Assembly: GCA_002305125.1 (NCBI GenBank)
Contig: DBQG01000016.1
Location: forward strand, 1 to 41,937
DNA: 41,937 bases
Origin: Patescibacteria group bacterium UBA1400
GTDB lineage: Bacteria; Patescibacteriota; Microgenomatia; UBA1400
Reading direction: 5' to 3'
In this document: positions 8,441-17,724 of the stretch, piece after piece
Layout of the letters: the number at the start of each line of letters is the position of its first letter
Position numbering within the stretch: position 1 is the first letter of the stretch
Translations under genes and position numbers: made by a program
Notes under the pieces: generated by a model
Told to the model about the DNA's origin: nothing
The model's database searches: none
The model's input: the letters and a program-made list of their open reading frames with translations, nothing else

Positions 8441-9934
8441 CTACTGTAAAGAAAAAGTTACTACAGCATTGTAATTTCCTGCCTTAGAAAAAGCCGGCAC
8501 TTGCAGTAGAAGATCAACATCATTCCAATAAACTCCATTGCCAAAACCTGATCCTGCCAGCATAATACTGGCCGGATCAATATCGCTTAAAAAAGTGTGT
8601 ACCGGACCGGCAGTAACACCATCCAAAGAGCCTGATTCGGCCGTAACCAGACCGGGAGTAATCGTCAATCCAGTAACCGGAACCATATCCGTACCGGAAA
8701 AAAAATCAGTTACAGTCATGGTTAAAGACCAACCTTCGAACAAACCCCTGTCATCCTCAATCTTAACATCATTACTGCCCGTGCCCTCACCTATTTTGCC
8801 GGCAGTCTCCTGCAAAAAAGAAGAAACAGGCACTGATGATAAGGTCACTGTTTCCGGCACAGTTAAAGAAAAAGCTCCTGAATAACTGGGACGGAAAAGA
8901 TTGTTGACCTGAGAGGTTGAAATGTTGCCGGCTTGATCCACCACAGTCAGTTTTAAATTATAAAAACCAGGAGACAAACTGGAAGTATCCCAGTTTGCCA
9001 AAAAACCGGCAGCAACAGGAGTTGTAACTTCACTGCCAATTTGCTGCCAAACACCCAAACTAGACTGAGCTTCATACTCAAGTTTGTAGTAAGCAAATGA
9101 AGCATCATCAGCACTCCCTTGTACCGGCAGGATTCCGGTAAGTTCTTCTCCTGGCACAGGAGCAGTAAGTTGGGAAAAAGGCAGGCTGTCATCAATGAAA
9201 AACATGCGCCCTACACTAAACACTTTTCTTGAACCCCATCTGGATCCGGCCTCCAAAATATGCCAGCTTTGATCGGTTAATCCTGACATTTGACCCAAAT
9301 TCAAACTTAAAGTATACCAATTGCCTGCTTGGGAAAAAGAACTATAACCATAATAAAGACCATTTGCCTGAAAATCATAAACAGTTTGAGATTCCTGCTT
9401 GCCCCCTGAAGAACCAGCATAAACTTTTAAATAAACCGTATCAGTACTTTTAAATACATAGTGTTCCTGAGTATAAGCCGTATCTTTAAAGAGCTTAAAA
9501 TACTGCTCAACTCCCTGAGTTTGAATAGTTTGCTGCACTGCCAACCTCTGTCTTTGAGAACTGGTAATATTAATGACCAAATTATAATAAGTTGAACTGC
9601 TGGGAAAAGAAAAATTAGCCTCAAAAGTAAAAGGGGAGGTAAAACTGGTTTGGGTAAAACTCAACTGCTGGATTAAATTGCTGTTATAATCATAAATCTG
9701 CAAACTGTTACCAGAACTATTATTGATAACCCTGGTACTTTCCAGCTTAAGATAAACAGTTTCGCCCGCAGTAAATGAATTTCTTAAATCAGCATATTGA
9801 CTGTCAGCGGCAATGTAAAACTTATCACCGCCGGAAAAATAAGGACCAACGGGAAAAACAGTTTTTGCCAAAACCGGAAAAACAACTATTAAAACAAACA
9901 TTAAGAATAAGAGGAATAATTTTAAATATTTCAT
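8441..9934 (-). CDS. Large exported beta-rich protein with C-terminal WxL domain (CscC-like); putative adhesin
   Basis: Signal peptide ending VLA; two related N-terminal repeats (FTAGETVYLKL / FKSTDTVYLKV); Ig-like domain (WDTSSLSPGFYNLKLTVVDQAGN); WxL domain DDRG..GWSLTMTVTD...AGNYNAVVTFSLQ. Confidence 0.78.
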   Translation of the reverse strand: MKYLKLFLLFLMFVLIVVFPVLAKTVFPVGPYFSGGDKFYIAADSQYADLRNSFTAGETVYLKLESTRVINNSSGNSLQIYDYNSNLIQQLSFTQTSFTSPFTFEANFSFPSSSTYYNLVINITSSQRQRLAVQQTIQTQGVEQYFKLFKDTAYTQEHYVFKSTDTVYLKVYAGSSGGKQESQTVYDFQANGLYYGYSSFSQAGNWYTLSLNLGQMSGLTDQSWHILEAGSRWGSRKVFSVGRMFFIDDSLPFSQLTAPVPGEELTGILPVQGSADDASFAYYKLEYEAQSSLGVWQQIGSEVTTPVAAGFLANWDTSSLSPGFYNLKLTVVDQAGNISTSQVNNLFRPSYSGAFSLTVPETVTLSSVPVSSFLQETAGKIGEGTGSNDVKIEDDRGLFEGWSLTMTVTDFFSGTDMVPVTGLTITPGLVTAESGSLDGVTAGPVHTFLSDIDPASIMLAGSGFGNGVYWNDVDLLLQVPAFSKAGNYNAVVTFSLQ

Positions 9935-9952
9935 TTAATTTAAATATTTAAA

Positions 9953-10708
9953 CTAGAAGAAAAAAGACTCTCCTATTAAAACCAGTAAACCCAAACCTAA
10001 ACAGTAAAAGCCAAAATAGTAAAGCTTGCCCCGCAAAACTGTTTTTTCCAAAAGCCATAAAGACATTATTCCGGTGACAAAAGAAACAACAAGCCCAACC
10101 ATTCCCAACTTAAACTCCTGAAGATTATCAGCAATATCAGGAAGCTGTAAAATTAACGCTCCCAGCATGGCCGGAACAGCAAGATAAAAAGAAAACAAAA
10201 AGGCAGCTTCTCGTTTTAAACCCTGCCATCTGCCGGCGACAATAGTTGAACCGGAACGGGAAATTCCCGGTAAAATAGCCACCGCCTGGGCAAAACCAAT
10301 TACTAAAGCTTTTTTCCAGTTTAAGCTGGAAAAATCAATCCCGTTTTTTTTAATCAGCTTGGTTGAGAGTAAAAACAATCCGGTTGCCAGTAAACAAACT
10401 CCCACCAAAATAAGAGAGTTGAAAATCTCCTCAATAAAATTATTTAAAAATACACCGACAATTCCGGCCGGAACCGAACCAATAATAATTAAGATGATCA
10501 GTTTTATTTTAAGCTTGATAAATCTTTTGTAAAAATAAAGAAGAACGGCAGCCAAAGTTCCCATATGCAGCATGACGTCAAAAAGAATCGGTGGACTGGA
10601 AAATCCTAAAAGTTTCTGGCCTAAAACTAGGTGACCAGAGGATGAAACCGGAAGAAATTCTGTCAAACCCTGAATAACAGCCAGGATCACTGCTGATAGT
10701 AAGTTCAT
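9953..10708 (-). CDS. uppP: Undecaprenyl-diphosphate phosphatase
   Basis: QGLTEFLPVSSSGH and AILPGISRSGST. Confidence 0.96.
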   Translation of the reverse strand: MNLLSAVILAVIQGLTEFLPVSSSGHLVLGQKLLGFSSPPILFDVMLHMGTLAAVLLYFYKRFIKLKIKLIILIIIGSVPAGIVGVFLNNFIEEIFNSLILVGVCLLATGLFLLSTKLIKKNGIDFSSLNWKKALVIGFAQAVAILPGISRSGSTIVAGRWQGLKREAAFLFSFYLAVPAMLGALILQLPDIADNLQEFKLGMVGLVVSFVTGIMSLWLLEKTVLRGKLYYFGFYCLGLGLLVLIGESFFF

Positions 10709-10725
10709 TTATTTTTTTATTCCTT

Positions 10726-11430
10726 TTACTTCTTAATGTCTTTCCTAAAACTGTCGTAAGCTTCTTCCAGCATTTTAGCTACCAGATCTTTAGCTCCTAA
10801 ACCAATTGCCAAACCAAAACCCAAAGCCAGCATGGCTACAAAACCGATAAATAGAGTGTTAACTAGGGTCTGAGCAATCTGCAGTTCATTAATGGCTGCT
10901 AAAGCGGCAAAAATAACAACCAGATAGCTGCTGATTTTACCCAACAGTCTTGAAGTTTTAAGGTCGATCTGGGCCAATGCTCCTTTAACCAAACTTTCCA
11001 CCAGACCCGCCAGTAAAACTCCAATGGTTAAAACTAAAATGGCGGAAACCACCCTGGGAATATAAGCTAAAATATTATTCAGGACTAGAGAAACTGTTGT
11101 TAAGCCTAATATATTAACGGTGGTGATAAAGAAAACCAAAATAACCAGCCATCTAACCAGTCCTCCCAAAACCTCTTCCAGCTTTACTTTAATTTCCGCT
11201 TTTTTTAAAAAAGGTTCAAAGCCTGATTTTTTAACAATCGTAGACAGCTGCAGACTTTCTAAAATCTTAACCGTTAGTATTTTTGCCCATTTGGCAACCA
11301 CCAAACCGATTATAAACACAATTAAAGCAGCCAGAAATACGGGAATATAGGACAAAATATTGGTCAGAATATTATTTGAAGCCAAAAGAAAAGCTTCCTG
11401 CCAATAACTTACAGAAAAATTACCATTCAT
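10726..11430 (-). CDS. CmpX-like TM-helix repeat membrane protein (small-conductance mechanosensitive channel related)
   Basis: Repeated YIP-xxxxA-I-V motif and ALGFGLAIGLGAKD. ATG 11430 chosen because of the upstream SD GAAAGGGGGTGA. Confidence 0.75.
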   Translation of the reverse strand: MNGNFSVSYWQEAFLLASNNILTNILSYIPVFLAALIVFIIGLVVAKWAKILTVKILESLQLSTIVKKSGFEPFLKKAEIKVKLEEVLGGLVRWLVILVFFITTVNILGLTTVSLVLNNILAYIPRVVSAILVLTIGVLLAGLVESLVKGALAQIDLKTSRLLGKISSYLVVIFAALAAINELQIAQTLVNTLFIGFVAMLALGFGLAIGLGAKDLVAKMLEEAYDSFRKDIKK

Positions 11431-11545
11431 CTTTATCACCCCCTTTCCTAATTTATTGTAGAGAAAACTGGGTTTTACTTCAAGTACCTATCTAAAAAGT
11501 TAAACTTTTAAAACCAAAAAAAATGTTAGCAGTAAAAGCTGTTTT

Positions 11546-11574
11546 TTGCTAAAAATGACTTTTTTTGTTAAAAT
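11546..11574 (+). promoter_or_regulatory. Promoter of rnpB
   Basis: TTGCTA-N17-TAAAAT places the TSS near 11581, the first base of helix P1. Confidence 0.65.
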
Positions 11575-11580
11575 AGTATT

Positions 11581-11870
11581 AAGTCTAGGAAGTTCAAGGT
11601 GGCAGCCTTTTAAGGCAGGAAAGTCCAGACAGCAGGAAGCAGGGTGTTTTGCGTCAAGCAAAAACGCGTAAGCGCTGGTGTAAGCCACAGAGACAACAAC
11701 TCGCTTGCTTGCAAGATAGAGGGTGAAAAGAGGTAATTCCCCCCGCTGCAACCTCCGACCGATCCGTCACAAGCCGCTTCCGCGAGATTTTTATAATCAC
11801 GGATCAAAGATAGAGGGCATAAGACAAATACCACCATAAACAGAATCTGGCTTATGAGCTTCCTAGACTT
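11581..11870 (+). ncRNA. rnpB: RNase P RNA (compact, about 290 nt)
   Basis: GGAAAGTCCAGA (from 11618) and AACAGAATCTGGCTTAT form P4; conserved ACAGAGA and GGTGAAA; 16-bp P1 AAGTCTAGGAAGTTCA/TGAGCTTCCTAGACTT; P6 GGAAGC/GCTTCC. Confidence 0.95.
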
Positions 11871-11883
11871 TTAAAAAAGGAAA

Positions 11884-12882
11884 TTATAAATCTTCAGGTG
11901 TTTTCTTTTTAGGAGCGGTGCGCATTTTATAAAACTCTTTTATCAAAACCTGCAAAGTTAAAAAAACAGGAATAGCCAAAAACATTCCCAAAGGACCGCC
12001 AATCTTTAAACCTGTTATTAACACCAATAAGGAAATCAAAGGGTTTATACCGATACTTTTTTCCATTACCTTGGGAACAATAAAGTTATTTTCCAATTGC
12101 TGAATCAGAAAATACAAAACCACTACTGTAAGCCCCATAACCGGAGACATTGACAAACCCACAATAGCGGCCGGAACCATCGCCAGCGTTGGTCCAAGAT
12201 TAGGAACAATTTCTAAAAATCCGGCTATAACTGCCAAAGGAAGAGCAAAATCAATATCCAAAAGAAGCAGACCAAGATAACTTAAAACTCCCACAATAAT
12301 CATTAAAATGGCCTGACCCCTAATCCAGCTACCGATTTTGGTTTCCAGCTTATTAAGCATGTCCTCTGCCTGCTGTTCTCCATCCTGCCTAAACAAAACA
12401 TGCAGATACTCTTTCATCTTAACTCTTTCAATTAAAAGATAAAAAGTTATCACCATAAAGGTAAAAAACTTTAACAGGTTGGAAAAAGTGCTGGCAATAA
12501 TCTTAAACAGGTTTCCCGGAACTCTAGCCAGCTGTTCGCTATAATCCTGAATATTAAGCTGAAAACCGGCAAAGTTTAAACGTTCTATCAGGTTAGACAT
12601 AACTCCCAGCAAAGAAGCGGTCTGACTAACCAAAATAGGAATAATTAAAGCCACCAATCCGGCTAAAATACCAAATAGTAAAAGATAAACAATTAAAATA
12701 GCCAAAGACCTGGGAATTTTAATTTTCTCCAATTTGTTAATAACCGGATTTAAAGCCGTCATAGCAATAAAGGAAATAAAAACAATCAAAATTATTTCCC
12801 TTATCTGATACAAAAACCAAAGAAAAATAAGGAAGAAAACAGTAAAAATAATTGTTTTATGAGAAATTTCTATTTTTTCCAT
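11884..12882 (-). CDS. AI-2E family transporter (PerM/UPF0118)
   Basis: WIRGQ, EIVPNLGP, IQQLENNFIVPKVM, GPLGMFLAIP. Confidence 0.92.
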   Translation of the reverse strand: MEKIEISHKTIIFTVFFLIFLWFLYQIREIILIVFISFIAMTALNPVINKLEKIKIPRSLAILIVYLLLFGILAGLVALIIPILVSQTASLLGVMSNLIERLNFAGFQLNIQDYSEQLARVPGNLFKIIASTFSNLLKFFTFMVITFYLLIERVKMKEYLHVLFRQDGEQQAEDMLNKLETKIGSWIRGQAILMIIVGVLSYLGLLLLDIDFALPLAVIAGFLEIVPNLGPTLAMVPAAIVGLSMSPVMGLTVVVLYFLIQQLENNFIVPKVMEKSIGINPLISLLVLITGLKIGGPLGMFLAIPVFLTLQVLIKEFYKMRTAPKKKTPEDL

Positions 12883-12885
12883 AGT

Positions 12886-13869
12886 TTAATAATACCAGTT
12901 TGACACTAATTTTACCACCTTTTCTTCCCATGAAGGTTTACTAACATCAAACCAGTTTATCTCCGGCTGTTTTTTAAACCACACCATCTGCCTTCTGGCA
13001 TAAGCCTGTTCTTGTCCGGTCCAGTTTAAAATTGTTTGTTCAAGACTGTGCTCTGCTTTTAAAAACGGTTGCCACTGCTTGTAACCGATGGCGCTCATGG
13101 AAACAAGATCCCAGGAATAACCAAGTTCCACCAGATTTTTAACTTCTTTTAAAGCTCCCTTTTTAACCCGATCCTCAACCCGTCGCCTAATTTGTTTATC
13201 TAACCTCCGACTGTCCATTTTAAGCCCAATGGCAAGATAATCTTTTAAAGCCAAGGGCTGACTTATTAATTTCTGTTTGCTTCCCAACCCCACCTCTATG
13301 GCTCTTATAAGGCGTCGGGGGTTTAACCTGTCCGACCTGTTCATCTGCTGCCATTTTTTTGAGTCAGTCTTTTGCAGCTTCTGCTGCAGCTGAGTCAAAG
13401 AGTATTCATTTAATTTTTGCCTTAAATTTTTGTCGGGCGGAACACCCATAGTTTCTATTTTTTTAACTAAAGAGTTAAGCCAAAAACCGGTGCCGCCAAC
13501 AATAATCGGCAGCTTACCCTGACCCCATAAATAATGACAAACCTCACGGGCAAAAACATAAAAATGAGCTACGGAAAAATCCTGATCGGGCTTAACCAAA
13601 TCCAACCCCCAAACCGGCACTTGATTAAAGTTATAAAAACCAACATTAAGTTTTGGTTTTAAAAGAGAGTTAATCTTTTTTTGTAAAGCTGCATGCTTAA
13701 TAAAATCAGCCTTCCCGGGCAAGTCCTTTCCCACCACCACACTCATACCCTGATAAATTTGTCTTGAGTCAGCAGAAATAATCTCTGTTTTAAACTGCGA
13801 AGCTAATTTAATTCCCAAGCCGGTTTTACCCGTGGCTGTGGGACCGCAAATAATTAAGATTTTATTCAT
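12886..13869 (-). CDS. miaA: tRNA (adenosine(37)-N6)-dimethylallyltransferase
   Basis: GPTATGKT, ISADSRQIY, VGGTGF, NPRRLIRAIE, AIGYKQ, YARRQMVWF. True start is ATG 13869 (MNKILII), overlapping the upstream stop codon. Confidence 0.95.
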   Translation of the reverse strand: MNKILIICGPTATGKTGLGIKLASQFKTEIISADSRQIYQGMSVVVGKDLPGKADFIKHAALQKKINSLLKPKLNVGFYNFNQVPVWGLDLVKPDQDFSVAHFYVFAREVCHYLWGQGKLPIIVGGTGFWLNSLVKKIETMGVPPDKNLRQKLNEYSLTQLQQKLQKTDSKKWQQMNRSDRLNPRRLIRAIEVGLGSKQKLISQPLALKDYLAIGLKMDSRRLDKQIRRRVEDRVKKGALKEVKNLVELGYSWDLVSMSAIGYKQWQPFLKAEHSLEQTILNWTGQEQAYARRQMVWFKKQPEINWFDVSKPSWEEKVVKLVSNWYY

Positions 13870-15520
13870 CGTCTGTTTGCACATTAAGTGTCTGGTAAAG
13901 CAAGTCAACATCGGTAACATCAACAACGCCGTCAAAATTAGCGTCAGAATCAACACAACCCTCCCCATAACTGTCATCCGAACTTCTTGAATCAAGCTCT
14001 TTACAAGCTTTAACAATAGAGTAATCATGAACCCCCACTGCACCGTCTTGATTAATATCACCAAACTCCAAAGGTTTAGCAGTAAAATCAAAAGTATAAC
14101 TTTGTCCTGATAAAAGATTTATATTATCCCCTCTGGTACATACTTCATTCTGCTGAACGATTTGACAAAACCTCATCTGCCGGTGAGAAGGACCTTTAAG
14201 CAGTAATGTATAAGCTCCTGAAGTAAGCTCAGAAGAAGAATAGCTTACCAAAGCTTCATAAGTCTTACTGTCCTCATTATAAGAAAACTGTTCAAAACCG
14301 CTGTTTTGCTGGTGGTAAAACTTCTCTCCTACTTGATTTTCCAGTAGCAGCTTAACTTTTTTCTGCTTATGCTCATCTAAAAGATTAATATTGTTATTGT
14401 TGGCCGGAGTACCGGCAAATTTTATCTTAATATTTAAATTAATATTAGTTCCACCAGAAGAACCGGAAGGAGAAGGAGAGGATGAAGATGGAGAAGGTCC
14501 TAAGCTTGAACTGGGAGAAGGAGACAATGAGGGCGCAGCTGATTGGCTTGGTGATGGTGATAATGAAGGAGAGGGAGACAAAGATGGGGAAGGTGAAGGC
14601 GATGACTGAACACAAGGATTTGTACCCAAGAAAATACTACCTATTCTTTCTGCCATTAAAATATAACCTGCTTCATTAGGATGACAGTAATCCTGAGAAC
14701 AAAGACGGCTGGGAAAAGCAGGATCAGGACCAATATAAGAAACAACATTAATTAAACACTCGGTTTTACAGGGTCCGTAATCTGCCTCGCACTCATCTTC
14801 ATAACGGGAATAGCCAGGCAAACTCATACAAGTACCCTGCCCGTCTTCAAAAGCCTTATACAAGTTAACAACCAAGTGGTTGGAAGCATACCAAGACACA
14901 ATGCTGTTGGCTACCTGTTTTAAAATTCCTTCAACGTCATAATTTTTCCCCGGCAAGGTGGGACAGCCTTTTATGGGCGTATTAACAATAACAATGGCTC
15001 CCTTATTTTCAAAAAGACTGATAGCTCCATCCAAATAATCTTTAAATTTAGACAAAGAAGCCCAGTCTTTACCCGCAGCAATATCCTTAGACTCATTGGC
15101 TCCATAACCAATAACCACTACCGGCTGAGATCCCCTTGCCTTAGCCTCATCCACAAAAGCAGAAGCTGCCTGAATTAAATGGGCTTGATTAATTCCTTTG
15201 CTGCCGTTACTGCCCCAAATCCTGAAGCCATCCTGATTATAGTCATCTAAAGTAAAAGGCTTAAAATAAAGACTGCATGAAAAACCCATGGTTTGAAGAT
15301 AAGCATTTAAATAATGGTTTATATGAATTCTGCCGGTCTCACCGACGCTAAAAATATAATCAGAACTTCCGAAAACAACAAACTCATACTTTACCGGCTG
15401 GGTCTGGTAAACTTCCGGACTTTTTAAGGTAGTGTTAAATAAGTTGAAAACAAAAAGAAACAAAGCCGTTAACCCTAGGTATAAAACCAGGTATGATAAT
15501 AGCTTTTTTACTTGATTCAT
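13862..15520 (-). CDS. Exported SGNH-like hydrolase + Ser/Pro linker + beta domain + dockerin-type double Ca-binding repeat
   Basis: VFGSS (block I variant), GYGANE (block III), DYCHPNEAGY (DxxH); (SP)n linker; GDINQDGAVGVHDY and DANFDGVVDVTDV. Confidence 0.75.
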   Translation of the reverse strand: MNQVKKLLSYLVLYLGLTALFLFVFNLFNTTLKSPEVYQTQPVKYEFVVFGSSDYIFSVGETGRIHINHYLNAYLQTMGFSCSLYFKPFTLDDYNQDGFRIWGSNGSKGINQAHLIQAASAFVDEAKARGSQPVVVIGYGANESKDIAAGKDWASLSKFKDYLDGAISLFENKGAIVIVNTPIKGCPTLPGKNYDVEGILKQVANSIVSWYASNHLVVNLYKAFEDGQGTCMSLPGYSRYEDECEADYGPCKTECLINVVSYIGPDPAFPSRLCSQDYCHPNEAGYILMAERIGSIFLGTNPCVQSSPSPSPSLSPSPSLSPSPSQSAAPSLSPSPSSSLGPSPSSSSPSPSGSSGGTNINLNIKIKFAGTPANNNNINLLDEHKQKKVKLLLENQVGEKFYHQQNSGFEQFSYNEDSKTYEALVSYSSSELTSGAYTLLLKGPSHRQMRFCQIVQQNEVCTRGDNINLLSGQSYTFDFTAKPLEFGDINQDGAVGVHDYSIVKACKELDSRSSDDSYGEGCVDSDANFDGVVDVTDVDLLYQTLNVQTDDE

Positions 15521-15568
15521 AAAAACTGTTTAGACTTTCTTCTTTTTCTATATTATGATTAAAAACAG

Positions 15569-16741
15569 ATGAATAATGCAACTTCAAAAATAAATTTAAC
15601 CGAAACGGCTCCTGCCGGGCAAGAAGAAAAAAAACAAGGAAAAATAGATCTTTTAGACCTTACCCGGGGCCTGGCTTTAATTTTTATCTTAGCCTATCAT
15701 ATCTTTCTTTTTGCCACTGAAAAAAATATCTTAACCAAAGCTACGGGCCTGAAAGAAAACCTGGAAAGGTTTGGCAATCTGCCAAACATCATCCTGGCAA
15801 CCTTTTATCAAGGCGTCCATATTTTTATCATTTTAAGCGGTTTTTTACTAACCTTAAGCATGGTTAAAAACCAGCTTTCCCCTCTGGTTTTTTATAAAAA
15901 AAGGCTGAAACGAATTTTAATTCCCTACTGGCTGACTTTCATTATTTGCCTGGCTCTTATCTTCCTTTCCTTAAAACTTCCTTTTATAAACCAATTTAAC
16001 AAACCCATTCCTCTAGCCATTGGCATTAAAGCTTTTGCTTTTCCTTTATGGTTTGACTACTCCTCAACCACTCTTTCCTATATAAACAGAGCTTGGTGGT
16101 TTTTGCCTCTGATTTTGGAACTTTACTTAGTTTTTCCTTTCTTGTTTAAATTAAGCCAAAAGCTAAAACCGGTTTGGCTTTTAGCTTTAAGTTTGCTGCT
16201 GACTTTAAGTTACAGAGTCCTGGCTACCTATACCTTTCAAGGCTCTCCCATTGGCGTTGTTTACCCTTCATTAAATGGTTCTGCTCCTTTTATTATTTTC
16301 CTGGCCAGGTTGTTTGAGTTCAGCTTAGGTATGTTTTTAGCCCAAATTTATCTGCAAAAAGAAAATATTATCAGCAAACTAACTACTCTACCTTTTTTAA
16401 GCTTGGGAGTTTTACTGCAAAGCCTAGGAACTGTTGCCAGCTTTTATAAACCGGGCTGGATTATTTCTGATCCCCTTATCGGCTCAGGCATCTTCCTGGT
16501 TGCCTTAAACTTAAGTAAACTGCTGGCAAAAATAAACCGTACCAGTAAACTCCTTAAGTTCTTAAGCAGCATTTCTTATCCTGTTTACCTGATTCACTAT
16601 CTGCTTTTAATAAGGTTTTTTACTCCTTTATTAAATCTTCAAAACGGAAGTCTTATTTATCTTAGTTTAATGCCGGTTTATCTTCTGCTGGTTTTAGGTT
16701 TGGGAAAAGTAGTACAAATACTGGATAAAAGGATCAATTAA
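15569..16741 (+). CDS. Acyltransferase-3 (OafA-like) membrane O-acyltransferase
   Basis: LDLTRGLA, GVHIFIILSGF, KKRLKRILIPYW, WWFL...LYLVFP, SISYPVYLIH. Confidence 0.92.
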   Translation: MNNATSKINLTETAPAGQEEKKQGKIDLLDLTRGLALIFILAYHIFLFATEKNILTKATGLKENLERFGNLPNIILATFYQGVHIFIILSGFLLTLSMVKNQLSPLVFYKKRLKRILIPYWLTFIICLALIFLSLKLPFINQFNKPIPLAIGIKAFAFPLWFDYSSTTLSYINRAWWFLPLILELYLVFPFLFKLSQKLKPVWLLALSLLLTLSYRVLATYTFQGSPIGVVYPSLNGSAPFIIFLARLFEFSLGMFLAQIYLQKENIISKLTTLPFLSLGVLLQSLGTVASFYKPGWIISDPLIGSGIFLVALNLSKLLAKINRTSKLLKFLSSISYPVYLIHYLLLIRFFTPLLNLQNGSLIYLSLMPVYLLLVLGLGKVVQILDKRIN

Positions 16742-17672
16742 CTGTCTGAAGAATTTTTCTAAACCAGGTTTCTTTATTTTCCGCACTGGAACAACCTCCC
16801 CAATCAGCACATTTAAACCAAAAAGAATAAATTTTGCCACCCGGACCCAGATAATAAACCTGGTTTTCCTTATCTTTAAGCCGCAAAAACTGCCGGCCGT
16901 TTATTTTCTGATAAACCAGTTTGTCAGGATTTTCTTTAGCGTTCGGGTTAACATCCAAAAGCCAATCAACTAGACTTTTACCATTGGGGCTAAAAATATT
17001 AACCTGCATTACTTCATACTTTCCCAACTGATAATCAGGGTCTTCAAAAGCATAAATAATTTTACTTTGCAGTAAGGAAATTTTGGCAGGATTAACAAAA
17101 TGAAGCTTGTCCGCCGAGTTGTTGCTGGAAATAACCCACTCCGGATGGTATTTAAAACTAAGGCCGAAACTTCCCTCATTAAAAGTTAAAAAATAAGCAA
17201 AATCAGGTACCTGATCATCGGGAACAGAAGGAATATCCTGAACAGGCACGTTTAAAACAGAAGGTGAGGGGGAAGGAGATGGAGTGGGTGAAGGAGAAAG
17301 GGATGGTGAGGGTGACGGCGCCAGCGAAGGGGAAGGAGAAAGGGATGGTGAGGGAATTAAAGAAGCCTGAAGGCTTGGAGAAGGAACAATACTTGGTAAC
17401 AGAGAAGGCCTTAAAGACGGCTGAAGGCTTGGCAAAGGTGAAGGTGAGGTAAAAGTATCAGAAGGCAAAGGCGAAGGTGAAGCAATAATCTCAAACGAGA
17501 ATTTTGATTTTTTAATCTCCCCTTTTGCCAAAGATTCTTGTTCTGAAGAAGCAAGCTGAGTAGAACCAGAGTCGGTTTGCGGCTGGGAAGACTTGGTATA
17601 AATGACAAAAGCCGTGGTTAAGGAAAAAAGAATAACAGGAACAACTAAAAAATATTTTAACTTCAGATTCAT
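16734..17672 (-). CDS. Membrane-anchored protein with Ser/Pro linker and PsbP-like C-terminal domain
   Basis: N-terminal TM, SPSL repeats, FGLSFKYHPEW...FRKILQTV. ATG 17672 preferred over TTG 17675. Confidence 0.65.
   Translation of the reverse strand: MNLKLKYFLVVPVILFSLTTAFVIYTKSSQPQTDSGSTQLASSEQESLAKGEIKKSKFSFEIIASPSPLPSDTFTSPSPLPSLQPSLRPSLLPSIVPSPSLQASLIPSPSLSPSPSLAPSPSPSLSPSPTPSPSPSPSVLNVPVQDIPSVPDDQVPDFAYFLTFNEGSFGLSFKYHPEWVISSNNSADKLHFVNPAKISLLQSKIIYAFEDPDYQLGKYEVMQVNIFSPNGKSLVDWLLDVNPNAKENPDKLVYQKINGRQFLRLKDKENQVYYLGPGGKIYSFWFKCADWGGCSSAENKETWFRKILQTVN
17290..17354. repeat. 23-bp direct repeat inside the Ser/Pro linker
   Basis: GAAGGAGAAAGGGATGGTGAGGG at 17290-17312 and 17332-17354 (42-bp period, in frame). 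Confidence 0.8.
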
Positions 17673-17724
17673 CAAGTCATTATAACAAGAAAAATTAACC
17701 AGGAAAACTAAAAATGTATAAAAG

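Noticed and set aside
11500-11837. ORFs 11500..11751 and 11610..11837 (-)
   Set aside because: Antisense to the RNase P RNA gene, with no protein motifs.
13870-14091. N-terminal extension of the 401-aa miaA ORF
   Set aside because: Overlaps the dockerin-coding end of 13862..15520 in another frame; MiaA motifs start at ATG 13869.
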